DNA of 26,098 nt from Candidatus Hermodarchaeota archaeon (lineage in GTDB: Archaea; Asgardarchaeota; Lokiarchaeia; Sigyniarchaeales; SOKP01), in contig JBHLLO010000039.1 in NCBI GenBank assembly GCA_048885535.1, positions 1 to 26,098 of the forward strand, given 5' to 3'. The notes beneath the pieces were generated by a model. The model was not told where the DNA came from. It did no database searches and worked only from the letters and a program-made list of their open reading frames with translations. A program made the position numbers and the translations under genes. The number at the start of each line of letters is the position of its first letter. Within the stretch, counting starts at the first letter, position 1. Shown in pieces: positions 25,970 to 26,098 of the stretch.

Positions 25970-26098
25970 TTACTCAAAATAATCATTTCTTGTTATTCCT
26001 GCCTTTCTTAAGATTTTCAAAGTTAAATATCCTAATATACTCCCAGGTAAACTACTCGCTCCAAATAAGACCCAGAAAGTTAATAATCCTATAAAAAA
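25970..26098 (-). CDS. C-terminal end of a membrane protein, possibly an ECF transporter S-component (ThiW-like); partial
   Basis: Translates as FFIGLLTFWVLFGASSLPGSILGYLTLKILRKAGITRNDYFE*, open to the window edge. The F..SS..GS..GY..L..L pattern recalls the last helix of ThiW. Confidence 0.5.
   Translation of the reverse strand, partial: FFIGLLTFWVLFGASSLPGSILGYLTLKILRKAGITRNDYFE

Noticed and set aside
1-26098. CRISPR arrays, tRNA/rRNA genes, transposases, integrases
   Set aside because: No regularly spaced repeats, GC-rich cloverleaf or rRNA-like segments, or recombinase motifs were seen by eye.

Overview
AT-rich archaeal chromosomal DNA, most consistent with an Asgard archaeon of the Lokiarchaeia type. 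This is inferred from the archaeal uS2, a CooC/AcsF ATPase, a Loki-style Zn-ribbon microprotein and the mix of archaeal and bacterial-type enzymes. It holds about 28 CDSs and no rRNA, tRNA, CRISPR array or intact mobile element. The left part has two convergent paralogous Gfo/Idh/MocA oxidoreductases, an IlvD/Edd dehydratase, an orphan gamma-class amino-DNA methyltransferase, glutamine synthetase and a non-canonical ThDP enzyme. The middle has a radical SAM/helix-hairpin-helix gene (TIGR03916-like) with its DUF4130 partner, an unannotated 39-aa membrane peptide, CooC, rps2, an HD protein, a membrane M28 peptidase and tmk. The right part has dispersed shikimate/tyrosine genes (tyrA, aroE, bacterial-type aroK, aroD), a flavin reductase, an unannotated C4 Zn-ribbon protein, GH57, adk, a decayed transporter remnant, an SDR, gapN, a degenerate P-loop protein and a partial ECF S-component. 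The best candidate for an undescribed system is the radical SAM/DUF4130 pair: both proteins end in PCNA-binding (PIP-box-like) motifs, no uracil-DNA glycosylase gene is adjacent, and a 24-bp palindrome lies upstream. Together these suggest a PCNA-coupled, radical-based DNA repair or modification module.
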